From positions 129,332,001-129,396,000 of the forward strand of contig OX597819.1 of the NCBI GenBank assembly GCA_951406725.2: a stretch of 64,000 bases of DNA, written 5' to 3'. The first letter of the stretch is position 1; each line of letters begins with the position of its first letter. Source of the DNA: Octopus vulgaris (taxonomy: Eukaryota). Below the pieces are notes generated by a model. The model was not told the origin of the DNA and did no database searches. It worked only from the letters and a program-made list of their open reading frames with translations. A program made the position numbers and the translations under genes. Shown piece after piece: positions 1 to 15,086 of this stretch.

Positions 1-1276
<1,276 letters not shown>

Positions 1277-2011
1277 ACTGAGCTAATTGCAGAAATGTTT
1301 TGAAAGTCCACTGTATTTTTTTAATACTTTTTTATTATTGTTAAATTCTTATTTCCCTACATCTTGTTCACCATAGTTTTCTCCTCAAGAAATGAAGATA
1401 TCTGTTATTTATATTTACTATTATTATAACTATTATACAACATCTATTATCATTATTGTTGTTTAGACACACTGTTGTTGTCGATTGAGCAGGTTTAGTA
1501 AATGTAATTACAAGAATAATATTGAGTGTTTAGTAACAAAGGAAAAAAATTGACATGAAAACCAAAAATGTATTTTATTTTTTTCTTTCTTTTTAATGAG
1601 TGAACGGGCGAACGAACTTTTTTCTGCGAGTGTCAAAATAAAAAAAAAAAATAAGCACCAAATCTTTATCCGGAATAATTCTATGAGACATTCAAGTTAT
1701 TAAACGATATCTTTCCAACATTTTTATGGGCACCATTACAGAATTATACTTAACCACTGAGATAGTCTCTTTTTTTTTTACCTCTGAGTTTCATCTTTAA
1801 AACCGGAAACAATATAACGATTGGCTCGGGTTTTAACTTGAGCTGTCTCAATTTAAAACTTGTTGACTGACAAGTAGTTCTTTTACAAATGTCTTGTATT
1901 ATTTTCTCTTCTTTCTCTCTTTCTCTCTTTCTCTATTTCATTATTTCATTCATAATCTCATTCTTTTTATATTGAAATAAATCGTATGGCATGTATTAAT
2001 TAGTACTAGAT

Positions 2012-2250
2012 AGGCGGTAGTTTGATAGAAATAGCAGCGAGCAATCTCGTTTCTCTATGTTCTGAGTTCAAATCCCGCCGAAGATAGTTTTTGCCTTTCA
2101 TCCCTCCAGGTTCGATACAAAAAAAAAAAAAGCAAATATAATAAATAAAAGTGATGTACCTGAGTCGAGTCAATCTACCTAAATATACCTTTCCATTCCC
2201 ACCTACCATCCACTTGCTACATAATTGTGGCGCTGTGCCAATGTAAGAAA
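2012..2250 (+). mobile_element. tRNA-derived SINE family A, degenerate copy (another at ~4365-4560)
   Basis: Contains gagttcaaatcccgccg (B-box-like) and tttgcctttcatcc, matching the intact copy at 18055-18283. Confidence 0.7.
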
Positions 2251-2270
2251 TTATGAATTAGTTCTGAGAG

Positions 2271-2311
<41 letters not shown>

Positions 2312-3264
2312 TGCGCGTATGCGTGCGCGTAAGAAGCCTCTTGTCGAAATTAACATTATCTCGATAGAAAATAGAACTTCTGTTCTCCTCGATTCATATT
2401 TCATGTTTTGTGTTGTCTAAACTATAAAGTTGTTTATTTTGAAGCTACTTTCGTTTGTGTTGTTTCTAGAGATAGCAAAAGCCCAATCAACGGGCCTACA
2501 TCAACCAATATTGGCTACAGGGCATTACCATAATGTAATATTTGTCATAGGCTTGTTAATTTGCAGCTTAAACAGCGTAACATAACACCATAGACGTGCG
2601 CAATAGAAAATGGTGAACTTCAACTCTTAACGAATCGATTCTGCGACACACTTACTGTGTACGCCTTGTTAAAATCATTTTATTTACCTTACATTGCCAA
2701 TGTCACACTGAACTTCTACGTGGTTACTTGACCAGCTAGAAATAGAAAACCAAATATCTGTCAAAGCATACCTTACCAAGTTGAACAATGAAAGGACATT
2801 TTAAGCGAAGTGCAAGTCCTAAATATAAAAAGGTCGGGAACGATTGTGACTGGAGTCCCTTTGATTATAGACCTGCTCTGTCAAGACTGATTTGGGGAGA
2901 AACAACACCAACGCCACTGGAAGCACCTTTCACCTCACCCTCGTGCTCGCTGCCTCCTCCTCACTTCCACGCTTTCCTCGCAAACAATGCGATCACATAC
3001 ACGCATCAACAACACACACTCTCATCATCCCGTGCCACTACACTTCCATACTTCCACACCCTCCCCAAAAAAAACGCACTCACTTCCTCTTTATACCTAT
3101 ATCGACACACGGATACATTCCTATTCGCACACACTTACCCACCCCTACTCCTTTCTTAACCCTTCCCAACAACCTTAACAACCGCATTCCCATCTAGCCT
3201 CTAACACCTTCGTCTGGTTTTTCTCTAGTCATTTTTTTCTTTTTCACTTTCCTTCTATATTTTT

Positions 3265-3298
3265 CTTCTGACGAAGAGCTTTCGTTCGAAACATCAAG
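3265..3298 (+). ncRNA. Minimal type I hammerhead ribozyme fold (C3-G8 core) in a probable Penelope-related repeat end
   Basis: ctt-CTGACGA-a-gagc(tttc)gttc-GAAA-ca-T-C-aag gives stem I ctt/aag, stem II gagc/gttc and an AUC cleavage triplet. Same motif family as 27251-27285. Confidence 0.6.
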
Positions 3299-3662
3299 CC
3301 TCTTTCCCTTCTTTTTAAGCTGTAAGCTTAGGAAAGTTGTGATTCAAAAGGCTCTCAAACATACATACATACATACATACATACATACATACATACATAC
3401 ATACATACATACATACATACATACACACACAATGAGGAGTATGATAGCGTGTCCTATAACTCATTGAATCTTTCGTGAAGCGTGAAAGACTTCTTCAAGT
3501 ATTGTATGAAGTACTCGAATCGGAGATCCACCAGCAAAGAGCAATGCAGGATGTCCTGCATTGAAGTTGTTTCCCATTGTCTTCTCGATAGAACTCGAAC
3601 TTATCACTCCATGTTAACGAAGTTCTCCTTATTATAGTTCTGCTATTATTTATGCCTATTAA

Positions 3663-3845
3663 AGCGGCGAATTGGCAGAATCGTTACTGGACCGGACAAA
3701 ATGCTTAGAGGCATTTCTGTGTTCAAATGCCGCCGAGGTCGACTTTGCATTTCATCCTCTCGGGGTCGATAAAATAAGTATCATATGAGCACTGGAGCCG
3801 ATGTAATCGATTTATCTCCCCGTGTGCCAAAATGTGAAACCATTA
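3663..3845 (+). mobile_element. SINE family A
   Basis: gcggcgaattggcagaatcgtta...gccgaggtcgactttgcatttcatcctctcggggtcgataaaataagta. Confidence 0.8.
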
Positions 3846-6597
3846 TTTACGCCTATAGACGACAACATCCTGTGGTACCTATATACAGTTGAGTAACTCT
3901 TGTCATTCAATTAAGTGTTTGATGGCATATATGTGAAGCAGGGAAATAAAATTCGAATCAATTACTGAAACGTTTGGGGTTGGGGATTTCGAAAATATTA
4001 TCAAGAACCATATGAATCTAAGAGATGACTGTACTATAGCATAAATATAAATGGTTTGGTGGTTCAGGCATTGGACTGCTAAATCATAGTTCATGAGTTC
4101 AAACTCATCATGTCCATAAACGGAACTTTTTGTTGTATGCGTTTTGATCTATCTACCTGTTAAGATAATGTGCGCGACCTCTGGTTAATTTACCTATGAT
4201 AAATTATTCTTTCTTGTCCGCCTAATACCTCTGAAGCTGGCATTACCAAATCGTTTTACCAGCTCCTGAGATTCGAGAACGACGAACGTTTTACTCAACA
4301 TACATAAACACATATCAAACAAGAAAGCAACATTGAACTTACATTTTTTTTCTTTTCATAAAGTTGCAGAGACGGTAGGGAATCGAACTTTCATATTTAA
4401 TAGTTCCATTACCTTATAAGTTCACCTCCCGACGAGACCGACTTTACTCTTCATTCTTCCGAGGTCGATAAAATAAGTATCAGTATTAAATTGGCTCGAT
4501 TCTATCGACTATACACCTCCCCTTCACACCTGAGATTTTGTGCCAATGTAAAAAAAATATTATTATCATTATCTATGTGAGTTATACACTAAAGAGTGAT
4601 CTAAATGTACCTTGCAAAAATTAGCCTTGCATTTATCTAAAAACAAAAATATTACTATTTTCGTAATACAGAGAATTGAAAAATATTTATCTTTATGAAG
4701 AAAGAAGTTACTGTTTAGCTTAAATATTTCGATTTATAAAAATGAGATGTTATTGGTCGAATAGATAAAACTTTTCCTAACTATTAATTTCATCTTTCTT
4801 GTTTGTTTTCCCGTTAAACGTATTGATTCGTCCATTCATTCTCGCCATTATCTTCAGATATCCTAGTCGTGTGTTTATATATATATATATATATATATCC
4901 TTAGGCTGGGTTCGAACTCGGATATTTTTTCTATCAGTATTTTTTAAAGTTTTGGTCTTTATTTCTCAGTTCCATAATTAGTTTTATCACTTTATATTGT
5001 AACCGATTGTCGGGGATGTATTTTGAGAACTATGTTTAAATGCTAAGGTTGTGTCTAAGATTTATATTTGAGAAGTCTAAGAGAGTATTATCACAGAAAA
5101 AAGGGGGTGGTCTGTCCCAGACGGTAGAGTGAGTCAGTGTATATTCAGTTGGTACAAATTTGGCAGAGGATGACTAACAAACGTCTTCGTTAGTACACAA
5201 ATCAAAGAATAAAATAAATCCGAAAAGAAAAGTTTGGTCATCGATAACTAGATATAAGCTGTATGATCCAATTACCTCAACACATATCCATGATTGGTTG
5301 TAATGATTGTAAACACACTTGGAAATTAACTGCCAAAAAAAAGGAGCCGATTTTCAAAATTATCTTATGTCTAAAACTAGGTTTGCAAAAGAGGAAAGAA
5401 AGAAAATAATCTTTATTTCGACTTGTTCATTGCCCTATTAATCTGTGTATAATGCGAAATCTTCATACTGGAGTTGAAGATCAAAGATGGGGAAGTCACA
5501 TTAATATAGGAGGTTAAATATTTACAAAAATTTATTTGGCCAGCAACACCAATCTTTTTTCATATTATCAAGATCAGGCTGTTGCCGTTGCTCCTTCGAT
5601 TCCCTCTATAGTTTAAAAATAATTCAATACCTATTATATATCAATTTATTTTAATAAAGATTTACTTAACAATTAATTTAAAAATATATTTGTTGCTATT
5701 GGTTACTATTTTTATTTTATTTTTTCAACTATACGTTTTGTATTTGTGAGTATAATTAATACACAAGTGTGCTGCGTCCCCGACTCGGGTTTCTCAATAT
5801 TCAGAAAAATGGATTTTTTTTTTTTAATGAAATTTTCTACAAATATCTTTCAAATGGTGAAGATTACGAATATATCAAAATTTATATGAAAAAACAAATT
5901 GTTGGATGCGTACACGTAGATACTGACAAACATGACATATTTCAGCAAAATGAAACTTGAATCTTTGAAAACAAACATGATGTATGCGGCCACCATTTTT
6001 TTTTTTTTTCTTTTTCTCTCACGATTAAATTCCGATATAATTGTAATCTACGCCAACTTCATTAAAAAATATCCATTTTTCAGAAAGTTATCAAGAAATA
6101 AATTCTATTCGTGTGAACTTATCCGAAACTCCTCTCATCCCACCTCCGAAAGAGTCTTCCCAACAAACTCCGATATAATCATCGTAATCAATCTGAAAGA
6201 TATTGATTGAAAACCTCATTAAAAAATATCCATTTTTCAGGAAGTTAAGATGAAACAAAGTGGGGGCACACTTGTGTAGGTATGCATATTGGTGTGGGCA
6301 AAAAAAAAAGAAAAAAGCTTGTCTGGAACTTTGTGTGTGCGTGTGTGTGTGCGTGCCTAAAAAAAAGGAACCAGTGTTTTCTTTCGCCACGTTACAAAGT
6401 AGTTGTATATAAAAAATGTTGACAAAGTGGTTTGTATACAAGAGACAGATTGGTCAATGTTTTGGTAAGTATGCAGTTGTATTTCATTTGAAAGCAACAT
6501 CTGCGCACACAAATCGCCATTCTTTTTCAGCATTTCAGCGTTTGAATTGGACTTAGCATTATTCGCGTGATCGTATTGTACACATATACACAGTATA

Positions 6598-6985
6598 TGG
6601 AGGCGCAATGGCCCAGTGGTTAGGGCAGCGGACTCGCGGTCATAGGATCGCGGTTTCGATTCCCAGACCGGGCGTTGTGAGTGTTTATTGAGCGAAAACA
6701 CCTAAAGCTCCACGAGTCTCCAGCAGGGGGTGGTGGTGATCCCTGCTGTACTCTTTCACCACAACTTTCTCTCACTCTTACTTCCTGTTTCCGTTGTACC
6801 TGTATTTCAAGGGGCCGGCCTTGTCACTCTCTGTGTCACGCTGAATATCCCCGAGAACTACGTTAAGGGTGCACGTGTCTGTGGAGTGCTCAGCCACTTA
6901 CACGTTAATTTCACGAGCAGGCTGTTCCGTTGATTCAGATCAACCGGAACCCTCATCGTCGTAACCGACGGAGTGCTTCCACCTC
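6598..6985 (+). mobile_element. tRNA-derived SINE family C, full length
   Basis: Head tggaggcgcaatggcccagtggttagg...ggtttcgattccc has A/B boxes. An acacagta direct repeat flanks it, and a near-identical inverted copy lies at 43333-43719. Confidence 0.85.
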
Positions 6986-7354
6986 CACACAGTACTTGGA
7001 TATCTCTTTGAACTAATTGCATTCAGAGCCTGGGCAATTAGTTGCTCACGAAATTCACGGGTCCAGAGCCCCGATTCAAATCTATGTATGATGCGACTTG
7101 TTGTCAGTAAATAATTACTATAGGGACCAGTGTATTGAATTGCCGGCTGGGGTGAGCGATAATGCTACTAAGACGGCCCCTGATTACATTGTTATCATGT
7201 CTTTCACTTGATATGGAATGAAAGAGACAGCCTGTCAAAACGGGGTCATCTGTTGAATATTAATACCAAGTTTGTTTGGGTTTTATTTGGTGGGAGAGGG
7301 GTTGTTTTTTTAGCTTGTTTCAGCCATTAGACCGGGGCCAAACTGGGACACTGC

Positions 7355-7630
7355 CTTGAGGGCGCTTGCCTTGGGAAAGTTTTTTGTACTATAGCCACGG
7401 GCCGACCAATGCCATGTGATTGGATTTTATAGGCAATAATTGATAGAAGCCCATCGTATATATATTTGTGTGTGTGTGACCATCGCTTGACAACCGGTGT
7501 TGGAGTGTTTACGTCCCCGTAACTTAGTGGTTCGGTAAAAGAGCCCGATAGAATCAGTACCAGGTTTAAATACTGAGGTCGATTTGTTCGACTAAAATTC
7601 GGCAGTATAATGACTGAAACAAATAAAAGA
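7355..7630 (+). mobile_element. SINE family B, degenerate
   Basis: ccttgggaaag...cgcttgacaaccggtgttgg...tgactgaaacaaataaaaga matches the family B body and tail. Confidence 0.7.
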
Positions 7631-8708
7631 ATGAAAGAAGGAATTGTACTGAAATAACAATATATTACAATCTATCAGGCTTCTTCAAAAAGTAGCTTTC
7701 AGTTTTAGTGTAGGAAATCAGATAAAGGAGACGGCACTGGTGGAAAAGGGGCTGACTGTGGGCATTAGTTTCTTAATGTGTAGAAATACATCCTTCCCAC
7801 TCGGCACCTTCAGTTCATATTTCTTTATTATCCATAAGGATTAACACAGATGGGGACAATACAATGATTTCGGGTCAAAAACGGAGCTTTTTACAATGAA
7901 ATCGGATGGGTTATTTACGATGGAGTTATAATGAAAATGAAATGGAATAAGAACAAACAAACAAAAAGAGACAAATGAAGTTAAAAGAACAGGGTAGCCG
8001 ACCCCACGAGCCCTGCTATTTCAGCTGAAACCTTTTGGTAGGTGATCATGGTGTGTTCACGCAGAGCCTTTCACACCTAGCATCCGTGCTACACGCATCC
8101 ATCTTTTTTTTTAATACAGTCTCTGACAGACACCTTTTCTCTAGCCCCAACTTCCTTTTCAGATTTAATCTGAAGAAGTTCGTTAGGGCGGTGCCAGAGA
8201 TCATGGTGTCTGAATCACGCTTGGATCCACTTTGCTTATCATAACAAGTTGTTTTGGATTGTTATTGTTATTGTTGGGTTTTTTGGTACTTTTTCTTAAG
8301 AAAACAGTACCAATGAAATACCCTGGTTGGTTTAATCAACTGCAGCTCGTAACAAAAGTTGGTCTTATGCCAGACTAAGAATTCATTGTTTAAACTCTTT
8401 TAATAACTTTTCACATGAATATGCCACAGCCTATTTTCAACATATACAGATTAAATCCATACAAGCAGAAAATTAATAAGCAAAATACACAAAATAATGG
8501 TGCTTTGATTTGTTATGTTTTCTTTGCTCTTATCTGGGGAGGAGGTTCGGTTTTTTTTTTCTTTTTTTTCAATTTCTAAATGATATTGTTCTTATTGCAT
8601 ATATTTTTCCTGCCTCTCAACGTTTCAATCGATTATCTATTCTGGACTTGGATGGAATTAGGAAAGTATACTTCAAATATCTCTTTGTTCTCTGTAAACC
8701 ATGTATAA

Positions 8709-8709
<1 letters not shown>

Positions 8710-8756
<47 letters not shown>

Positions 8757-9815
8757 GTATGCATTTGTATGTGTGTGTGTATATATATATATACATAGAT
8801 AGATATAAATACAGATATGTATATATGTATGTATGTATGCATGTCTGTTTGTATGCACGTATGTATGGATACACGTGTGTTCTTGCATACAAAGTGTATG
8901 TCTTTGTATGTATGTATATATATATATACACACACATATATACACATATATATATATACACACACATATATACACACACATATATACACACACATATATA
9001 CACACATATATATATACACACATATATACACACATACACATATATATACACACATATATATATACACACATATATATACATACACACATATATACACATA
9101 TATACACATATACATACACATATAATATACACATATATATATATACATATACATACACACACATATATATATACACACACATATATATATGTACACACAT
9201 ATATATATACACACATATATATATATACACACATATATATATACACATATATATATATATATACACATATATATATATACACGCATATATATATATATAC
9301 ACACATATATATACACATATATACACACATATATATACACACATATATATACACACATATATATACACATATATACACATATATACACACACATATATAC
9401 ACACATATATACACACATATATATACACACATATATATACACACATATATACACACACATATATACACACACATATATACACACACATATATACACACAC
9501 ATATATACACACATATATATACACACATATATACACACACATATATACACACACATATACACACACATATATACACACATATATACACACATATATACAC
9601 ATATATACACACACATATATACACACACATATACACACACATATATACACACATATATACACACATATATATACACATTTATACACACACATATATACAC
9701 ACACATATACACACACACACACATATATATATATATACACATATATATATGTGTGTGTGTGTGTGTGTGTATATGTATGTATGCATGCATGCACGTATGT
9801 ATGTATGCACATATA
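8710..9815. repeat. ~1.1 kb compound (TA)/(CA) microsatellite
   Basis: Repeated atatacacac-type units. This explains the 350-450 aa HTYI/VCIY pseudo-ORFs. Confidence 0.95.
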
Positions 9816-10354
9816 TCGAAGAAAATGCGACTTCGTATTATTTTCCCTCTTTTTTCTTCATTTAAATATTCAAACAGTAAAAAAAGGTCCTTTTCAAAAC
9901 TGATGTGCGGAAGAATTGCAAATGTCTTCGTCGGGGCTCCAAGGCTAACCGAAATATTCAGCATTCTTCGCCAACTTCCCATTACCTGTATTGATGAATA
10001 GTTTTGTATTTAAATCATATATTTTCAGATATGGAAAAATGGTCAATTGAATAAAACCAATATATTGCCGCAAAACATGTGGTTTCATGAAGCTTCAGCG
10101 TATCTAATGTGGAGTGCAAGGTTATTTGAAAGTATTGTATCAATAAAATTCTAGCAGATTAGAAAGTCGAAATTGGGATTCTTAATAACCTCGAAACCCA
10201 AGTTTTTTAAATACACATGTGCGCGTATGCGAGTGTTTGTATACATACATACATACACACATACATACATACATACATACATACATACATACATACATAC
10301 ATACATACATACATACATACATACATACATACATACATACATACATACATACAT

Positions 10355-10806
10355 TATTATGGCTGCACCCTCGTTATCGAGTATGGCCATTGCACGAAGC
10401 TTAACTGTTATTGGTGCTGTGATCGACTGTGACTTTTTCGCCCAGCTAAAGATCTACAATGTCTTGTACAGAATTGGCAACTAATACCTTTACTGGTAAA
10501 AGCCGGCTGTAGTTGTAACTGGGCTTCATGTACCTTTGCATGTCGTTTAAGTCCTCCCGCCGAATTACACTCTCTTCCATATGCCCGACAGATATGATTA
10601 GTATGGTGTGTAACACCACCACCAGTGGCCAGGTCGTCACTCATCTGTCTCGCTTTATAACTTCGAAGATGACTCTTGAGTCCAGCTTTACTGAAGCAGG
10701 GTCTTGCACAGCCACTTCATGTCCGCATCAAAGGAAGACCCTTCCCTTCTGGAAGTGTAACAGCGATGCCCTTCCTGACATCCCTCCTTACTTTCTCATG
10801 CGCAAT
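10355..10806 (-). mobile_element. LINE 3' fragment (RTE-like) with C-terminal Cys/His zinc-finger remnants
   Basis: Minus-strand translation HICRAYGRECNSAGGLKRHAKVH...CQFCTRHCRSLAG..SH, followed by a short 3' UTR ending in (taa)n beside a (taca)n tract. Confidence 0.55.
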
Positions 10807-10988
10807 TCGAGATACATACATACATATATATATGTGTGTGTATACATATATATGTATGTGTGTGTATCTGTGCGTGTAGTGAGAGGGAGCGTTTGGTTTT
10901 CTTCGTAGAAAATCTAATTAGGCTTAGCTGATGCTTAGATATTGGTGTCTAGTTTGGTTCATGCCATATGAGAGGGGAGAGAACTATA

Positions 10989-11240
10989 TCTTCTATATAT
11001 ATAAAACTGAGAATGTGTGTCTGTCTGTCTGTGTATTTCCCTAAAACTTGAGAACTACACGACCAATTTCATTCAAATTCTACACATGCCTTACTTAGGG
11101 TCCGGAGCTCTGGGCGCCTGTACACAGCTACCGGCCCACAGTCGACGCTATGTCGCGTCGCGTCGCGTCGCGTCGCGTCGCGTCGTGTCGTGTGAATTTG
11201 CATTATATATTGAGAGCTATAGCGCGAAGGCAGCATAAAA
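10989..11240 (+). mobile_element. 5' part of a Helitron-like non-autonomous element with an internal (GCGTC)n tract
   Basis: a|tcttctatatatataaaactgagaatgtgtgtctgtctgtctg resembles the 5' end of the element at 59963-60383. No 3' CTAG end was identified. Confidence 0.5.
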
Positions 11241-11844
11241 ACAACCCTTCCCCAATTTTTGGCAGACTTACCTACTCCGCATTGCAACAAGATGCGTCTT
11301 CGTCAAAGCAATTGCTCCACCAAAGCAAATTAAATAAAATTTGAGATACGTGGAACATCAAACCTGCTAACAAAAACAGGACAGTGAAAACATTCGATAA
11401 GGGCTGTTTAACCCTAACGAGTTGAAGTGGTGAACGCTGGAGAAAAAAGCCTTTTCAAGAGCAGACAAGAATGCGTGTTGTAGTTATAAATTGAACGAGA
11501 AGAAAAAGAATTACATTTAAAAATAGAGATCTATAATTATTGAGGACAGAATTTATGTTAGAAATAGAGAACTATAAATATTGTATTATGCATAAAGTGG
11601 TGGCTTACATTCGGAGCTTCCAATTTCTCTGTAAAATCATCGCACATGTCACCATCGATTACAAACACTGGTGGAAGATAAAAGTTCCAGAGGACATTCT
11701 TGTTCTTTCGTTTGTACAAGGATCGTATTGTTTCGGCTTAAAATAAATTATAGATACAAATATAATGTATAGAAATATATAAAAACCAGAATAGAAAATA
11801 AACGTCTTAGGCATATAAAATGAAATAACTTGAAACCTACTAGA

Positions 11845-14070
11845 ATATCAAGTCATCCAATCAGTTCTGTCCAATTTTACCTTTTTTTTTAGATTTGAAT
11901 GAAATTTTATAGTATTTTCAAATGTCTAATTCAATTAAAAATTATTTTTATGCATTTGTGTACGTTTAAACTAATTCAATATTGTTTTACAAAATAATAG
12001 AGGGTGTCCACAAAGTCTGCGTACATGGGGATTAACACATACTTTTAAAACAAACCAATTTTATTTAATTATAATGTTAATAAATAATATTTTCAAAGTG
12101 ATTTCCATCATTTTTCAATGCATAACTTGATGCGCCTTGCAAAATTCAGGTGAACTTGATTAAATAAGTCTACATTGCCATCAATTTCAGCACACTGACT
12201 GGTAATGCGTTCTCTAATGTGTTTTAAATCTGTAATCTTTCTCTTTCAACATACCTCAGAAAAAGAAATTAAGGGGAGAAAGGTCTGGTGAACGAGGGGA
12301 CCTTTCCATATGAGCCCTTCTTCCAATCCAGTGAGGAAAAGTGTCATTAAGCCAATCTCTAACAGTTGTGGCAAAATGGGAAGTGCCCCATCCTGCTGAA
12401 ACCAATTCGGAAGGCTCTCGCCTAGGTGCTCAATTTGAGATATTAATTTGTCTCTCAATACGTTTACATAAGTCTCATCCGTTACATGTTCAATGAAGAA
12501 GGGTCCTAGAACATGAGCTTTCCACAAACCACACCATCACCTTTTTGCTGCCATGCTGTTTGGATGGATCTATCCAATGTGGATTACCTCGAGACCAGTA
12601 TAGAAGATTCTGTCTGTTGACCTCACCATTTACATAAAACGTAGTTTTGTCACTGAACAACAAAAATTTTCGTAAAATTGATATTTTCATCCAATTTATT
12701 TGAAAACCATTCGCACGTCTACATTCGTCTATTAGGGTCGTCTTCATTTAAGTGATGCAATATCTGTAGGTTGTGTAGATGAAACTTTTCCTCAACCAGC
12801 ATTTTGTGGATGGTTGGTTTTGGAACACCTAACACTGTGGATGTCCGATGAAGTGATTTCTTTGGGCTAGCAGAAACTTTAGCCATGACAGCCTCTTTCG
12901 TTTCATTTGAAGTCTTTGGTCGCCCGGAACGGCGTTTATCCAAAACACTGCCTATTTCTTTAAATTTCTTGATCAATTTTCCGACGGCAGTAAAAAAAGT
13001 AGGTTACCTATAAGGGTGTTGAAGATTAAATTCTTCCGCACTTTTGCGATAAGACCATCCCTTTCGTCCACTTAATAATACTAACTCGATTATTTCTTTA
13101 GACAGAGCCATCATTCGATCATCTGTAGAAAAAATAACAAATAAATTTAGAAAAGTAAAGTATTTTTTTTAATTTAATTTAAACAAAAGTAAAAAAGGAA
13201 ATTTATTATTTCTTATATTTGTTTATGTTATGATTTTATTCCATGTACCCAGACGTCGTGGACACCCTAAAATTGCTTTGATTAAAACCTTTTCAACATG
13301 GAAGTATCCAAGGAGCATTTAAGGCACATATAATTCTTTATGAGTACAATAAAGGTAACTTTGCAGCCGAAGTGACTCGAAACATACACTCAGTTTATTG
13401 GAAAGTGCTTGAATGAAAGAACTTGCAGGAGATCGTTTGCAAAATTGAAGATGAAGATCGAATAGGATGTCCAGTTGAGTTTGATGATAAGCTCCTTGAG
13501 GCATTACTTGAAGAAAATCCGTCATTATCAGTTGAAGAATTGGCAATAAAGCTTACTTCAAACCATACAACAGTTCATCGTCATCTTCAACAACGTGGAG
13601 AGATTCCTAAACCTGGAAAATAGGTGCCTCATGTATTGTCCGAAAGCAACCGCAAATCCCGAGTTGACATCTGCTCTTCTCTCCATTCTCGCAGACTCAT
13701 TTCACCCCTTTTTCGATAGACTTGTGACGAAAGATGGATTTTCTATCGAAATGTTAAACGTCGTAAACAGTGGCTTGGTAAAAGGGAAAATGCTCAACCA
13801 CAACCGAGAAGGGAACTTCATGGGGAAAAGGTTCTACTCTATCTGGTGCGATTGCAAAGGCGTAATTCACTTTATATTGTTACCACCTAATGCAACAATC
13901 AATGCTCAAGTCTACTGTCAGCTATTAGAGCGTTTGAACCAAGCTTTGAAGGAAAAAAGAAGCCGCTTTAGTGAATCGCAACCCCACACTGCAAAGATCA
14001 CATCACAGAAGATCGAAGACTTCGGTTTAGAAAAGTTTCTTCATCCAACTGATTCTCTTGCTCGAGATGG
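11845..14070 (+). mobile_element. Decayed mariner (DD34D-type) element, interrupted in its 5' region by a second transposon; transposase remnant ~13298-14070
   Basis: Frameshifted peptides (W*)VPHVLSESNRK, LVT.DxxWI.Y.NVKRRKQW, WCDCKGVIHF.LLP.NATINA and PHTAK. A TIR-like tcatccaatcagttctgtcc lies near 11850. The 3' end is truncated. Confidence 0.75.
12000..13268 (-). mobile_element. Tc1/mariner-superfamily element (maT/DD37D-like), decayed transposase
   Basis: TIRs agggtgtccacaaagtctgcgtacatgg / ccatgtacccagacgtcgtggacaccct. Peptides GSVLDKRRSGRPKT, FSDKTTFYVNGEVNRQN, GPFFIE and WFQQDGA. Confidence 0.85.
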
Positions 14071-14289
14071 GCATACATGGAAGAAGGCGTGTGCCAAGAG
14101 CTCAAAGGCTTATGGACCTTTTGAATTTCTATAGCAAAGTCAAGAGGGAAACCCACAAATCACACCATCAAGTATTAATTAGATATCTATGACAAATACT
14201 TCTCTTCCAGAACTCTTTTTTCCTGTAATCTTTTTAAAACTTTTAGGTATATTAAGATCTTTTACGTTTTAATTATAAATTTATATATG

Positions 14290-14800
14290 TTTATTCTACA
14301 ACAGCTTGGTCATCGGCAGAGGAAAGTGGCAGACAATTTATCATAGATATCGTAAGATCTTTACTAAGGTAAGTTGCATTTGTACCAAAATCTTTCTCAA
14401 GGATTGTCTATCACAAACACAGAACTCTTCTCTTCTATTTGATTGCAACAAGCCTTATATCTACCCTCACTATACCAAGAATCTTTCTAAAGCAACAGTC
14501 TATCGAGCAAATAATAATAAAACAAAAAACTACATAAGCCTTACTGATAGTCTCTTACATAAAAGAATAAAAGATTCTCGCCTTACCGCATCACTCTTCA
14601 AATATATCTGAATTTTAAAGAATGATAGTATTAATAATTATAAAACTGATTGGCCCACTATAGAACACGCATTTCCTTACATTTATAGCTCTAGAAGACA
14701 TGATCCTTTCTCTTGGGAAATTGCGACATCCTATTACAGTATTTTGCAATTATGAACATAGAAGCAAAAGTAGTGATTTCTTTCACACGTTTCCATCAAT
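14290..14800 (+). mobile_element. Highly decayed GIY-YIG (Penelope-like) fragment
   Basis: Peptide VYRA...KNYISLT...KRI resembles the GIY-YIG endonuclease region. The match is weak. Confidence 0.3.
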
Positions 14801-15027
14801 ATCAATTGAGAGAATCCCAAATATTAACTGGTTAAAATCGTTCATTTTCCACGAACTGGATTTGTCATACTCTAACAATGGTAAAAAAAAATTCAATTTT
14901 TCAACAGCACTAAGGCTACATAAATAATAGCCACATATTTTTGCTTATGTATTGTCACGCTGCTTCCATTTCTCTATTAATCAGCAATGTGAAATTCTGA
15001 GTAATGATTCATAAATCTCCACTTGCT

Positions 15028-15086
<59 letters not shown>

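Noticed and set aside
5770-6360. Internal direct repeats (cattaaaaaatatccatttttcag twice); similar pattern at 23000-23280
   Set aside because: These are probably old non-autonomous DNA transposons, but no termini or TSD could be established.
6598-6675. tRNA-like sequences at SINE heads
   Set aside because: They continue into SINE bodies with TSDs and have no complete cloverleaf, so they are not tRNA genes.
7840-8215. Possible L1/Tx1-type LINE 3' remnant on the minus strand
   Set aside because: It is too decayed for a recognisable motif.
8510-10001. Long 270-451 aa ORFs (and similar ORFs at 16.5, 21, 23.7, 25.7, 26.6, 29, 32.2 and 51.3 kb)
   Set aside because: They are translations of stop-free microsatellites (YI, HT, VC, LSIY, poly-T/S/V) with no protein features.
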